Source: Alphaproteobacteria bacterium
GTDB taxonomy: Bacteria; Pseudomonadota; Alphaproteobacteria; CAAHEQ01; UBA3637
NCBI GenBank assembly: GCA_051885475.1
Contig: JBJEXE010000066.1
Location: 1 to 63,190 of the forward strand
Direction: 5' to 3'
Length of the DNA stretch: 63,190 nucleotides
Translations under genes and position numbers: made by a program
The notes under the pieces: generated by a model
Database searches by the model: none
What the model was told of the DNA's origin: nothing
The model's input: only the letters and a program-made list of their open reading frames with translations
Shown here: in pieces, positions 45,188-54,402 of the stretch
How positions within the stretch are numbered: position 1 is the first letter of the stretch
Layout: every line of letters begins with the position of its first letter

Positions 45188-46458
45188 AAAAAGGGGGGAT
45201 TTTAATCGGGGGACTGATTTTTGCTTTCGTTTTTGAGGCCGTTGCTCAAACGGATATGAACTCAGTGTTTTCCAGCGACAACAAAAATATTCTTTATTCA
45301 AATCAGGCCAAAGATTATACGGGTTCTCCTTTGGTCTTCATTGAAGGAATTTCAGATGTGCCTCAGCCCAAAGATTGGAAAGATGAGTTAAAAATCAAAT
45401 TATTCGGATCCATGGAAATCCCCCAAAAGGAAAGTCAAAAGCCCCTGCCCCCTTTGGCGCAAAGTAATGTTCAAAATTCGTTAAAAATCGTCCCCACCTT
45501 CGGGGAAGAAAAAGAAGTCGCCTTTGTCCCCCATACCAGCGATTGGAACTTCATTATTCAAATTTTAAATGATGAAGATATTTTAATTCAAGAGGATATT
45601 CAATTTATCAAAACTGCAGATGTCCTCGCCCCTGTTCGGGATTGGCCAAAACAAAATTTGACAGTGATTGAAGCACAGATAAACGGTCAAAAAATTCCTT
45701 TAAATTTAGAAGAATATCAAGATACTTTAAGATTAAACTTGCCTGAATTGGAAACCGGTGTTTATAAAATCCGTTTAAATTATTTAATCCAAAATGCCGG
45801 CGTTTTCGGAAAAAAGAACGCTTTTATTGAGCTGCCTTTAACCGGAATGGGGTGGAATTTACCCACAAATACGTTGAATGGAATTGTTTTGTTTCCCACA
45901 AAAATCAACATGGTAAAGGCTGAATTTTTATTGGGAAAGAATCATCAGGAAATTCAAGGGGCCTTTGAAACACAACAGGATAATCAAGGCGCTTTATTTT
46001 TTAAGGCCACCCATTTAATGCCCGCACAATCTGTTCTTCAATTAAATTTGGATTTGGCATTTGATTCTTTTGTCAAAAAAGGATTTTGGGAAAAAAGAGC
46101 GGGCTCTGCCCCATTTTTAATTTTCATTGTTGCTTTGGGGGTTATCTTACTTTATTTAATCTTGAATATCATTGAAATAAAAATAACACCTGTGGAGGAA
46201 GTGTGGTTGAAAAAGAAATATAAAGTTTCGGAAAATTCTTTTAAAAACTTTATGTGGCGCACTGGTGAAATTTGGATAGGTTTGATTTTACTGTGGGGCT
46301 GTGCTTTCCTTTGCCTTTATTTTACCAATACTGCCTTAAGTATTCCGGAAATACAAGTTTTGTTTTTACTGCCCATTGTTTTTGTTTTAATCACAGATTA
46401 TCTTTTATTGTATCCACGTCAGGAAACATTGAAAAAAATTCGGAGGGAAAATGATTAA
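45184..46458 (+). CDS. hypothetical membrane protein (exported N-domain + C-terminal TM helices)
   Basis: Starts at MKKGGILIGGLIFAFVF, with an ATGA overlap onto the nth stop. About 300 aa of beta-rich ectodomain are followed by 3 TM helices. Confidence 0.5.
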   Translation: MKKGGILIGGLIFAFVFEAVAQTDMNSVFSSDNKNILYSNQAKDYTGSPLVFIEGISDVPQPKDWKDELKIKLFGSMEIPQKESQKPLPPLAQSNVQNSLKIVPTFGEEKEVAFVPHTSDWNFIIQILNDEDILIQEDIQFIKTADVLAPVRDWPKQNLTVIEAQINGQKIPLNLEEYQDTLRLNLPELETGVYKIRLNYLIQNAGVFGKKNAFIELPLTGMGWNLPTNTLNGIVLFPTKINMVKAEFLLGKNHQEIQGAFETQQDNQGALFFKATHLMPAQSVLQLNLDLAFDSFVKKGFWEKRAGSAPFLIFIVALGVILLYLILNIIEIKITPVEEVWLKKKYKVSENSFKNFMWRTGEIWIGLILLWGCAFLCLYFTNTALSIPEIQVLFLLPIVFVLITDYLLLYPRQETLKKIRREND

Positions 46459-47233
46459 AAAAAGCCTGTTCATTTTAAGCATTCTGTTATCGCTTTCCGT
46501 CGGGGCAAAAGAATTATCCCCCACTCTTCAAAAAGCACGACAACACCGAGCAGAATTGGTTGAAAAGCAAGATGAGATGTTGGCGCTTTTGTTGCAAGTC
46601 CCTTTTGAGCAACGGCAATACATTTTTCCCATGCTGTCCGCCAAACAAAGTATCCCCAAAAAAATTAAAACCCATCCGCAAGTGTTGGTTTGGAAAGGCA
46701 AAAAGCCAACCCGAATTGCGGACCGGTTTAAAGACGATCAAGAATTGATTGACTATTTACCGGAACAATTTTATTCCTTTTTATCACCGGATGCGTGGGG
46801 CCCCCAACTTGGGCAAAACCAAATGGAGCTGAATCCAAACCAAATCCTGCAAAATATGATTCAGCAAAAAAGTGAAGAAATGTCAGTTATGCCGGAAGAA
46901 TTGGTAGATATTTATGATGGATTGAATATTTTACAAGAATGGATCCAGCAACAAGGAAAACAACCGTCTATGCCCTTATATTTTGAACAATGGGCAAGCA
47001 CGGCCCCAGATGATATTCAAAAACAAATTTTGGAAAAAACAGGCCTTTCGGTGACAGCATTCGGCAAAAAGACAGATGCAATTACCAAAAGCTATCGTTT
47101 GTATCAAAATCAAAAAATCCCCCCGGCTTCATCGGAACAAAAACTGGTCCAAGAATATTGGTCTTTGATTCCTTTCATCTTTAAAAAAACAGGCTTTACA
47201 GATACTTTAAAAGGGCGATTTTATCAAGATTGA
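46451..47233 (+). CDS. hypothetical secreted protein
   Basis: Signal peptide MIKKSLFILSILLSLSVGA. 260 aa, Q-rich. It overlaps the upstream gene by 8 nt. Confidence 0.45.
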   Translation: MIKKSLFILSILLSLSVGAKELSPTLQKARQHRAELVEKQDEMLALLLQVPFEQRQYIFPMLSAKQSIPKKIKTHPQVLVWKGKKPTRIADRFKDDQELIDYLPEQFYSFLSPDAWGPQLGQNQMELNPNQILQNMIQQKSEEMSVMPEELVDIYDGLNILQEWIQQQGKQPSMPLYFEQWASTAPDDIQKQILEKTGLSVTAFGKKTDAITKSYRLYQNQKIPPASSEQKLVQEYWSLIPFIFKKTGFTDTLKGRFYQD

Positions 47234-47258
47234 CAAATGAAATTATTTTCGCTATAAT
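47230..47258 (+). promoter_or_regulatory. consensus sigma70-like promoter of gcrA
   Basis: TTGACA, 17 nt, TATAAT. An AAAGGAG RBS lies before the ATG at 47279. Confidence 0.55.
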
Positions 47259-47278
47259 AGTAAAAAAGGAGTTTTTAA

Positions 47279-47653
47279 ATGGCGTGGACAGAAGACAAAA
47301 TTAAAAAATTAAAAAAACTATGGACGGCCGGAAAAGCAACCGCAGAAATTGCCAAAAATTTGGGGATGAGTAAAAACTCTATCATCGGAAAAGTGCACCG
47401 GTTAAATTTAACGGCACGCCCTAACCCCGTCAAAACAGAAGCAAAGCCACAAAAAAAAGCACCGCCTAAAAAAACGGGAATGGTGCGTTTGATTGATTTA
47501 AAAATCAACACCTGCCGTTGGCCCATTGGCGATCCAAAAGATGAAGATTTTCATTTTTGCGGGGAACAAACCGTTACAGGAAAGCCCTATTGTTTGGCCC
47601 ATTGCCAAGAGGCTTATGCTAATATGACCCCAGAAGTTGAAAAGAAAAAATAA
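47279..47653 (+). CDS. gcrA: GcrA cell-cycle regulator (short form)
   Basis: MAWTEDKIKKLKKLWTAGKATAEIAKNLG.SKNSIIGKVHRL and the C-terminal CRWPIGDP..FHFCG..KPYC..H. Confidence 0.85.
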   Translation: MAWTEDKIKKLKKLWTAGKATAEIAKNLGMSKNSIIGKVHRLNLTARPNPVKTEAKPQKKAPPKKTGMVRLIDLKINTCRWPIGDPKDEDFHFCGEQTVTGKPYCLAHCQEAYANMTPEVEKKK

Positions 47654-50268
47654 TGGAAGCCCCCCAAAAAACACTGTGTTTGGTGGATGGTTCGGGGTAT
47701 ATTTTTCGGGCCTTTTATGCCTTACCCCCAATGATACGTTCTGATGGAATACCGGTGGGCGCCGTTTATGGCTTTAGTGCAATGATGATGAATTTATTGC
47801 AAGAAAACGCCTCGGATCACATTGTGGTTGTTTTTGATGCTGCCAGACATAACTTCAGAAACGAAATTTACCCTGAATATAAAGCCAATCGGCGTGAAAC
47901 ACCACCGGATTTAATTCCTCAATTTCCACTGATTCGTGAAGCCTGTGAAGCCATGAATGTCGCTTGGATTGAAAAAGAAGGCTATGAAGCAGATGATTTA
48001 ATTGCGACTTTGGCGCATCAGGCAAGAAAGCAAGGAATGAAAGCACGAGTTATTTCTGCGGATAAAGATTTAATGCAGCTGATGGATGACAATACCAGCC
48101 TGTATGATCCGATGAAGAAAAAGGAAATTACCTTGGAAGATGTCTTGCAAAAGTTTGGTGTGGCCCCCGATAAAGTCACAGAAGTTCAAGCTTTAATGGG
48201 GGATTCAACCGATAATATCCCCGGCGCAAGCGGCGTGGGTCCCAAAACAGCAGCTGCCTTGATTCAACAATTCGGCAGCATCCAAAATATGTTTGAACAT
48301 TTGGGGGAAATTTCTTCTGACAAAAGGCGTGCTGGATTATTGGCCGATAAAGAAAAAATTGAAATGTCCCAAAAGTTAGTTTTACTGGATAAATATGTTC
48401 CTTTGAAAGGCGATTTAGAAGCATTTAAACGTCAAGAAACTGACCCCCAAAAATTGATTTCTTTTTTAAGCAAAAATAATTTTCAAAGTTTGGTTAAAAG
48501 AATCCATTTGATAGCGGCTCACTTTAATGAAACACCATCAAAAGAAATTCAAATCCTTTCATTGACAACGCCCAAAGAAGTTCAAACAGCCGTAGAAAAC
48601 CTCTCTCAAAAGAAAAGTTTTTCCTTTTATTTGAACCAAGATGAAAACAAAAATTTGTCAGGCATTTCATTGGCAGATGAAAACCAAATTTATATCATTA
48701 AAAAGGGCAATACTCTTCAAGGGGATTTATTTGAAACAAGTACCCCCCAAACAATCAGTCAAGAGTTTTTGAAATTACTGGCCCCGCTCTTTGGTTTAAA
48801 AAATACAGTTAAAATAGGCTATGATATAAAGGCGTGCATTCATTTATTGGCCAAAAATGAAATTGTTTTGCAAGAGCCCTTCTGGGATGTGATGTTGATG
48901 AGCTATGATTTAGACGGGTCCAAACATTCACACGATTTGGAAACTTTAAAAGGCCTTTATTTTCCAAACGAAGACGGCCAAGATAAAGAAGCCTTTTTTA
49001 TCCATCAAATGGCCCAGAAAATAAAAGAAGAACTGATTGCACAGAATGAGTGGGCAACCTATGAGGATATTGATGCTCCTTTGATTCGTATTTTAGCCGA
49101 TATGGAAAAAGAAGGGATTTTGTTGAATGAAGAGCATTTAAAAAAATTAGAAGAAATTTTAAATCAAAGATTAGAAAATTTGAGTCAGCAAATTCACACA
49201 CTGACGGGTGAAGAGGTCAACATCAATTCCCCTGCGCAGTTGGGCGTCGTTTTATTTGAAAAAAGAGGACTAAAAGGCGGAAAGCGTGGGCCGAACGGCC
49301 ATTGGGTGACAGATGTGAAAGTGTTGGAACAATTGGCTGACGAACAAGAAGATGCATTAGCCCAACTGATTTTAGAGTACCGAAAAGCCGCCAAATTAAA
49401 GTCAACCTATATAGATGCTTTATTGGAAAGAATCAAAGAAAATCCACGCGTTTCTACCACCTTTTCGTTGGTGGCGACCAATACAGGACGACTGGCTTCT
49501 GCAAATCCAAACTTGCAAAACATTCCCGTTAGGACAGAAGAAGGCAAAGAAATTCGGGAAAGCTTTATTGCAAAAGAAGGCTGCCTGCTCTTATCTGCCG
49601 ATTATTCACAAATAGAACTGCGTTTAATTGCAGATGTCGCCAAGGTGGTCAAGCTGCGCGAATCCTTTTTAAAAAACGAAGATATTCATGCCAGAACCGC
49701 CAGTGAAGTATTGGGGCTTCCTTTAAATGAAATTACGGCAGATTTACGCCGACAAGCAAAAGCCATCAATTTCGGCATTATTTATGGCATTTCGGGTTTT
49801 GGCTTGGCTCGGAATTTAAAAATTTCCAGAACTGAAGCAAATCGTTATATTGACTCATACTTTGCTCAATACCCGGAAATCAAAGAATATATGAAAAAAA
49901 CAATTCAATTCGCAACTGAAAAAGGCTATATCAAAACACCTTTCGGGCGTAAAATTTATATTGAAGGATTGAATGCGGGTAAAACAAAATCTTTTGCCGA
50001 ACGCGCCGCCATCAATGCCCCCATTCAAGGAGGCGCTGCCGACATTATCAAAATGGCCATGATTCGCGTTCAAAAAGTGTTAAATCAAAAGAAGATACCA
50101 GCGAAACTCCTGTTGCAAATTCATGACGAACTGGTCTTTGAAGTAGCGGAAGAATTTGCTGAAGAAGCCGGCCGGATTATTAAAGAAAATATGGAACAAG
50201 TCGTCAAGTTATCTGTTCCTTTGGTGGTGGAAGTGGGTATCGGTAAAAACTGGCGCCAAGCGCATTAA
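47653..50268 (+). CDS. polA: DNA polymerase I
   Basis: 871 aa. 5' nuclease domain (LVDGSGYIFRAFYA), polymerase motif A (LSADYSQIELR) and motif C (QIHDELVFE). Confidence 0.95.
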   Translation: MEAPQKTLCLVDGSGYIFRAFYALPPMIRSDGIPVGAVYGFSAMMMNLLQENASDHIVVVFDAARHNFRNEIYPEYKANRRETPPDLIPQFPLIREACEAMNVAWIEKEGYEADDLIATLAHQARKQGMKARVISADKDLMQLMDDNTSLYDPMKKKEITLEDVLQKFGVAPDKVTEVQALMGDSTDNIPGASGVGPKTAAALIQQFGSIQNMFEHLGEISSDKRRAGLLADKEKIEMSQKLVLLDKYVPLKGDLEAFKRQETDPQKLISFLSKNNFQSLVKRIHLIAAHFNETPSKEIQILSLTTPKEVQTAVENLSQKKSFSFYLNQDENKNLSGISLADENQIYIIKKGNTLQGDLFETSTPQTISQEFLKLLAPLFGLKNTVKIGYDIKACIHLLAKNEIVLQEPFWDVMLMSYDLDGSKHSHDLETLKGLYFPNEDGQDKEAFFIHQMAQKIKEELIAQNEWATYEDIDAPLIRILADMEKEGILLNEEHLKKLEEILNQRLENLSQQIHTLTGEEVNINSPAQLGVVLFEKRGLKGGKRGPNGHWVTDVKVLEQLADEQEDALAQLILEYRKAAKLKSTYIDALLERIKENPRVSTTFSLVATNTGRLASANPNLQNIPVRTEEGKEIRESFIAKEGCLLLSADYSQIELRLIADVAKVVKLRESFLKNEDIHARTASEVLGLPLNEITADLRRQAKAINFGIIYGISGFGLARNLKISRTEANRYIDSYFAQYPEIKEYMKKTIQFATEKGYIKTPFGRKIYIEGLNAGKTKSFAERAAINAPIQGGAADIIKMAMIRVQKVLNQKKIPAKLLLQIHDELVFEVAEEFAEEAGRIIKENMEQVVKLSVPLVVEVGIGKNWRQAH

Positions 50269-50321
50269 AAACGGGATTTTAAACTGAATTGAAGGGAATG
50301 TCCTTTACAGCCAAAATTTTC

Positions 50322-50350
50322 TTGACTTTTTTTAAGCGATAAGCTAAAAT
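50322..50350 (+). promoter_or_regulatory. sigma70-like promoter of tRNA-Leu(CAG)
   Basis: TTGACT, 17 nt, TAAAAT, ending 10 nt before the tRNA. Confidence 0.5.
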
Positions 50351-50360
50351 AGCCTCCGTT

Positions 50361-50445
50361 GCCCAGGTGGCGGAATTGGTAGACGCGCTCGTTTCAGGTG
50401 CGAGTCCCGCAAGGGGTGGGGGTTCGAGTCCCTTCTTGGGCACCA
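50361..50445 (+). tRNA. tRNA-Leu (anticodon CAG), CCA encoded
   Basis: Acceptor GCCCAGG/(C)CTTGGGC, anticodon loop TTCAGGT, long variable arm, T-loop TTCGAGT. Confidence 0.85.
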
Positions 50446-50475
50446 AAAAAGCCTTTTTATCAAAGGCTTTTTTTA
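50446..50475. terminator. bidirectional terminator between tRNA-Leu(CAG) and chpT
   Basis: AGCCTTT-TTATC-AAAGGCT flanked by an A-run and a T-run. Confidence 0.6.
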
Positions 50476-50503
50476 TTTGTTTTCAAAATCTGATAAAAAA
50501 AGT

Positions 50504-51040
50504 TCAGGCGATTTTTAAGCACATCGTCCCTTGATTTTGAGTGAGTTTCAGGGTTTTCCCCTGCTCTTTTAATTGATGCATCAACCATTCAGCTTCAACA
50601 GTTTCCGGTGAAGGAGAAACCACCTGATCGGACAGGGATGCCATAAAAGCTGGGCGTGCTGTGATTTCCGGTCCCGTTAAGGTCATTTGGCCGTCAGTTA
50701 GTTTTATAGAGCCGCCTTGGGCCAACAAAAGGATACCAACGGCCACCAACGATAATTGCAAGCGGTTTTGAGGAATACCGTCAAAAGTGATTTTTTGCCC
50801 CCACGTTTTCAAATAATCCGTGATAATAGAAGCGTTGATTTCTTTTGTTTCGGCCCCAAACAAAGCGCGGTAAAAACGAAGACGTGCCATCAACATCAAA
50901 CTGTTTTGTTTCAGCATTTCTCCTGCTTCATTTTGAAAACCTGGATCAATTTCCATCAATTCCGCCGTAGAGGCCATTGCCCCTATTCCACCGGCTAAAT
51001 CATGACTTATTTTTACAACAATTGCTTCTGTCAATGTCAT
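50504..51040 (-). CDS. chpT: histidine phosphotransferase ChpT-like
   Basis: VVKISHDLAGGIGAMASTAELME matches the ChpT H-box region. 178 aa. Confidence 0.65.
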   Translation of the reverse strand: MTLTEAIVVKISHDLAGGIGAMASTAELMEIDPGFQNEAGEMLKQNSLMLMARLRFYRALFGAETKEINASIITDYLKTWGQKITFDGIPQNRLQLSLVAVGILLLAQGGSIKLTDGQMTLTGPEITARPAFMASLSDQVVSPSPETVEAEWLMHQLKEQGKTLKLTQNQGTMCLKIA

Positions 51041-51915
51041 TTCTTTTTTCCTTTTACCCTTTCCGAAAGAACCTGACCGATTTTATCAGGCGCATCAATC
51101 CAAATCGCTGTTGCTTTGGTCAGAAGTTTTTTCTTTTCGTCAATCACATCCGAAAATAAAACGGATTTCATTCCCAATAAAGGCGCTTTATCCGAGCGCG
51201 CCAAGGCTTTTCCGGGAATATACACAAACAATTTTTTAGTATGTTTTTTCGCATAAAAGGCGGCCAATTCCTGCTCTAACGTGCCATGCACTTGCCCTAC
51301 CACCAAAATAGCTTTCGTTGCTTCATCGGCGTATAAGGCCTGCATCACCGGTATAAAATCTGTGCCAATTAAATGATCCGCCCCCAATGAGATACATTTG
51401 GAAACACCCAAACCACAAGCCGAAAGCTGACCCGCAGCTTCAAACATCAAAGATGCAGAGCGCCCGATAATGGCAATATTTCCTTTTTCAAAAAGGGGCG
51501 TTGGCATAGTGCCCGTTAAGGCCGAATTGACAGCCAAAACACCTGCAGAAGAAGGACCTAACAACGTGATTTTTGCCTTTTGGGCAGCCAATTTCATTTT
51601 TAAAGCATCGTGCATCGGCACATGTTGAGTCGTGCAAATAATGAAAGGAATTTTGGCTTTGATGGCTTCTAATACATCCTTTAGGGCCTTTTCCGGCGTT
51701 GAAAAAACAACACTGATTTTGGGATGTTTCGCACGTACGGCTTGAGCCACAGAACGATATAAGGGAATTCCGTTCAATTTTCCCGATATTTCAGAGCCGA
51801 CACCAGCCACAACATTTGTCCCGTAGGCCAGGGCTTTTTCCGTTTGATAGCGTCCCATCATTGAAGTAATCCCTTGAAACAAGACAGGGGTTCGGTTATC
51901 TGCAAAAAAGAACAT
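51037..51915 (-). CDS. succinyl-CoA ligase alpha-subunit-like protein lacking the phosphohistidine loop
   Basis: It aligns by eye with SucD along its whole length (VLFQGITS..AYGTNVVAGV, IIGRSASLMFEA, CISLGAD). The position of GKRMGHAGAI reads SDKAPLLGMKSVL, with no His. Confidence 0.6.
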   Translation of the reverse strand: MFFFADNRTPVLFQGITSMMGRYQTEKALAYGTNVVAGVGSEISGKLNGIPLYRSVAQAVRAKHPKISVVFSTPEKALKDVLEAIKAKIPFIICTTQHVPMHDALKMKLAAQKAKITLLGPSSAGVLAVNSALTGTMPTPLFEKGNIAIIGRSASLMFEAAGQLSACGLGVSKCISLGADHLIGTDFIPVMQALYADEATKAILVVGQVHGTLEQELAAFYAKKHTKKLFVYIPGKALARSDKAPLLGMKSVLFSDVIDEKKKLLTKATAIWIDAPDKIGQVLSERVKGKKK

Positions 51916-53054
51916 TACTTACCCCCTTTCACTTGTTTCACAATTTCCGAAACAGCATCCGTCATTTGATTCATAACCCAAAAAGGCGAAATGGAATGAT
52001 TCAGAAGGTGCGTCCCTTCCGCTGCATCCAAACCCGCCATACGCACAACAACCGGAATCCCTGTGGCAATTTCGGGTGAAGCCGCCAAAACCCCTTCAGC
52101 AATCGTTTTACAGCCCGTCAATCCACCAAAAATATTGACAAGAATACCATCTACGTTTGGTTCTGCCAAAGCCAACTTCATTGCCTTGGTAATCGCATTG
52201 GCCGAAGGTTCGGTCCCAACATCCAACAAACAAGCCACACGTCCTTTTTTTTGATGGATTAAATCTATCGTCGCCCAACCAAGCCCTATACCATTGACCA
52301 AACACGCAATATTCCCGTCCATTTTCGTATAGCGAAAGGCATTTTTTTTGGCCAGTGCTTCCCGTTCGTGTCCCCATTTTATTTCTTGGCATTTCACAAT
52401 TTCCGGAAAACGAAAGAGGGAATCAGGGTCAAAAATCAATCGTCCGTCCACCACAACCAACGTCTTATCATTTTGAACAATAGGGTTCAATTCCACAGCC
52501 ACTGCCCCATAAAATGTAAAAAGATGGTAGGCTTTTTCCAAGATTTCCCACAACATTTTGGCTACCACACGGTCATGAATTTTCATCATTTTTAAAATTT
52601 CTTTTTTATGAGAAGCCTCTAATTTCAAATCTTTTAAATAAAAAGTTTTTTGGGCGTGTTCGGAAAAAAGTGTCAAAGTATAAGTTTGTTTGTTAAAATC
52701 CACCCTGAACACAAAACAGCAAAGTGATTTTCTTTGAATTGCTCGTTCCACATAAACACGGTTGATTGTTGCCGGCACATCCGGCGCAAAACCTTGTAAA
52801 GAGCACCCCAAAATGCCATCTGCCGCCGCAAAAGCTTGATCAGGGGTTTCAGCCAATTTTTTTTCCAACAAAGGATTTGACTGTTTTTGAGGGGAATAGC
52901 CCAACAACACCTGGGGCTTTACCCAGAAAGGCCCCTCCCCGATTTTAAGTGCCGCTTCCTTGGCTTCCTGGGGCGTATAAGCCACCCCACCGGCCGGTAC
53001 AGGCAAACCGGCTTGTTCAAAAATAGCTTTCACGTAATATTCATGCAGTTCCAT
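51915..53054 (-). CDS. succinyl-CoA ligase beta-subunit-like protein with degenerate ATP-grasp glycine loop
   Basis: MELHEYYVKAIFEQAGLPVP..FWVKPQV resembles the SucC N-terminus. AGGRGKAGGV is replaced by LGYSPQKQSN, and LDVGGGA is replaced by LDVGTEP. NIFGG is retained. Confidence 0.6.
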   Translation of the reverse strand: MELHEYYVKAIFEQAGLPVPAGGVAYTPQEAKEAALKIGEGPFWVKPQVLLGYSPQKQSNPLLEKKLAETPDQAFAAADGILGCSLQGFAPDVPATINRVYVERAIQRKSLCCFVFRVDFNKQTYTLTLFSEHAQKTFYLKDLKLEASHKKEILKMMKIHDRVVAKMLWEILEKAYHLFTFYGAVAVELNPIVQNDKTLVVVDGRLIFDPDSLFRFPEIVKCQEIKWGHEREALAKKNAFRYTKMDGNIACLVNGIGLGWATIDLIHQKKGRVACLLDVGTEPSANAITKAMKLALAEPNVDGILVNIFGGLTGCKTIAEGVLAASPEIATGIPVVVRMAGLDAAEGTHLLNHSISPFWVMNQMTDAVSEIVKQVKGGK

Positions 53055-53089
53055 AAAAACCCCTTTTGCCTGATTTTATTGTGTTTTAA

Positions 53090-53971
53090 CTAAGTTGTCA
53101 ATCTCTTTTTTAAATCCTGAAGTTTTTCCCGTAACGTTTTGGGATGTTCCTGATAAATCAAAGGCATCAAAAAGGCATTCAATTTTTTATCCAATTCCTC
53201 CATATTTGAAAAAGTGTTGACCTTCCCGTTTTTTACCAAGGACACATCCCCTGTTTCTTCCGACACAACCAGACAAAGAGCATCCGTATTTTCGGAAAGG
53301 CCAATCGCTGCCCTGTGACGCGTGCCATACTTCCAAGAAAGATCCAAGCTGGTGGACAAAGGCAGAATGACCCCTGCCGATACAACACGTTTTCCCCGAA
53401 TTAAAACAGCCCCATCGTGCAACGGCGTATTCACAAAAAAGATATTGATCAACAATTCCGCAGATAAAACGGCATCTAAAGCCACACCACCCGTTAAAAC
53501 CATATCCAAAGGTTCTTGATTTTCAAAAACAATCAATGCACCCGTTTCATGCGTGCGCCAATAGGAAATCGTTTGCATTAAAAGATTAACCAAATCTTTG
53601 CCTTCTTTTTTACGTTTTTTATGCGACCAAGCGTTCCACGAAAGGTTGTTTCCAAAGCGCGCCATTAAACGGCGCAGTTCCGGTTGAAAAATAACCACAA
53701 ATGAAAGAAGAAGTAAAATAATTAAATTCTTTAAAAGGCCGCTTAAAATACGCAAATGAAACAGCGAAAAAACTTCACTGACAAGCCAAACAATGACCAA
53801 GAAAAACAAAATCCCTTTAACCGTTTTTTCCGCCGGAGAATTTTGAAGCAATTTTTTATAGCCAAACCACAAAAAGATAATGATAATACCGACTTGCAAC
53901 AAAAAACTGGCCCAAGATAAACCAGACACCCCCAATAAAGATTGTAATTGTTCGCGTAAGTGTTGAATCAT
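53090..53971 (-). CDS. cdaA: membrane-anchored diadenylate cyclase (CdaA/DacA type)
   Basis: Three N-terminal TM helices and a DAC domain with TGALIVF, LHDGAVLI and GTRHRAAIGLSE..VVSEETG motifs. Confidence 0.85.
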   Translation of the reverse strand: MIQHLREQLQSLLGVSGLSWASFLLQVGIIIIFLWFGYKKLLQNSPAEKTVKGILFFLVIVWLVSEVFSLFHLRILSGLLKNLIILLLLSFVVIFQPELRRLMARFGNNLSWNAWSHKKRKKEGKDLVNLLMQTISYWRTHETGALIVFENQEPLDMVLTGGVALDAVLSAELLINIFFVNTPLHDGAVLIRGKRVVSAGVILPLSTSLDLSWKYGTRHRAAIGLSENTDALCLVVSEETGDVSLVKNGKVNTFSNMEELDKKLNAFLMPLIYQEHPKTLREKLQDLKKRLTT

Positions 53972-53991
53972 TGCCGACCTCCTTTTATCCC

Positions 53992-54020
53992 AGTTTAAAA
54001 GAAGGTTTGCCCCTTGTCAA
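53992..54020 (-). promoter_or_regulatory. sigma70-like promoter of cdaA
   Basis: On the minus strand: TTGACA, 17 nt, TAAACT. An AAGGAGG RBS follows. Confidence 0.45.
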
Positions 54021-54038
54021 GGGCTTTTTACAGTTTTT

Positions 54039-54263
54039 TTAAGTGCTACGTGCTCCTTGTTTTTGACGCATCAAAGTCATCAGTTTTTGTTTTGCTTGTT
54101 CGGCTTTTTGTTTGGCCTCTTGCGCGCGACGCTGTTCTTCTTCTAATTGACGCGTCCTTTCTTCGTAATAAGCGGCCCGTCGTTCTTCCAACTGGCGGCG
54201 TTTTGTGGCTTTTTCCAATTCTTCTTTTGAGCGATCCGTTTCAGGTCTTTCGTTTTCTTGCAT
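54039..54263 (-). CDS. hypothetical highly charged coiled-coil peptide (74 aa)
   Basis: ORF composed mostly of E/R/K/Q (EERRAAYYEERTRQLEEEQRRAQEAKQKAEQAKQK). Whether it is coding is uncertain. Confidence 0.3.
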   Translation of the reverse strand: MQENERPETDRSKEELEKATKRRQLEERRAAYYEERTRQLEEEQRRAQEAKQKAEQAKQKLMTLMRQKQGARST

Positions 54264-54402
54264 TGTGAGACTCCTTTTGCTTCGCTTTTATATTATATCA
54301 CAGTTTTAAAATCTGTCAAAAAGAACTTGCATTCCGCCACAAAATGTGCTTATATAAACGACATCGTTAAATAGTGTCAACAAAAAAAGAAAGGAAAATA
54401 AA

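Noticed and set aside
51037-53054. Annotating the pair simply as functional sucC/sucD (TCA-cycle succinyl-CoA synthetase)
   Set aside because: The catalytic His loop of the alpha subunit and the glycine-rich nucleotide loop of the beta subunit are not recognisable. I therefore call the pair SucCD-like and report it as a finding.
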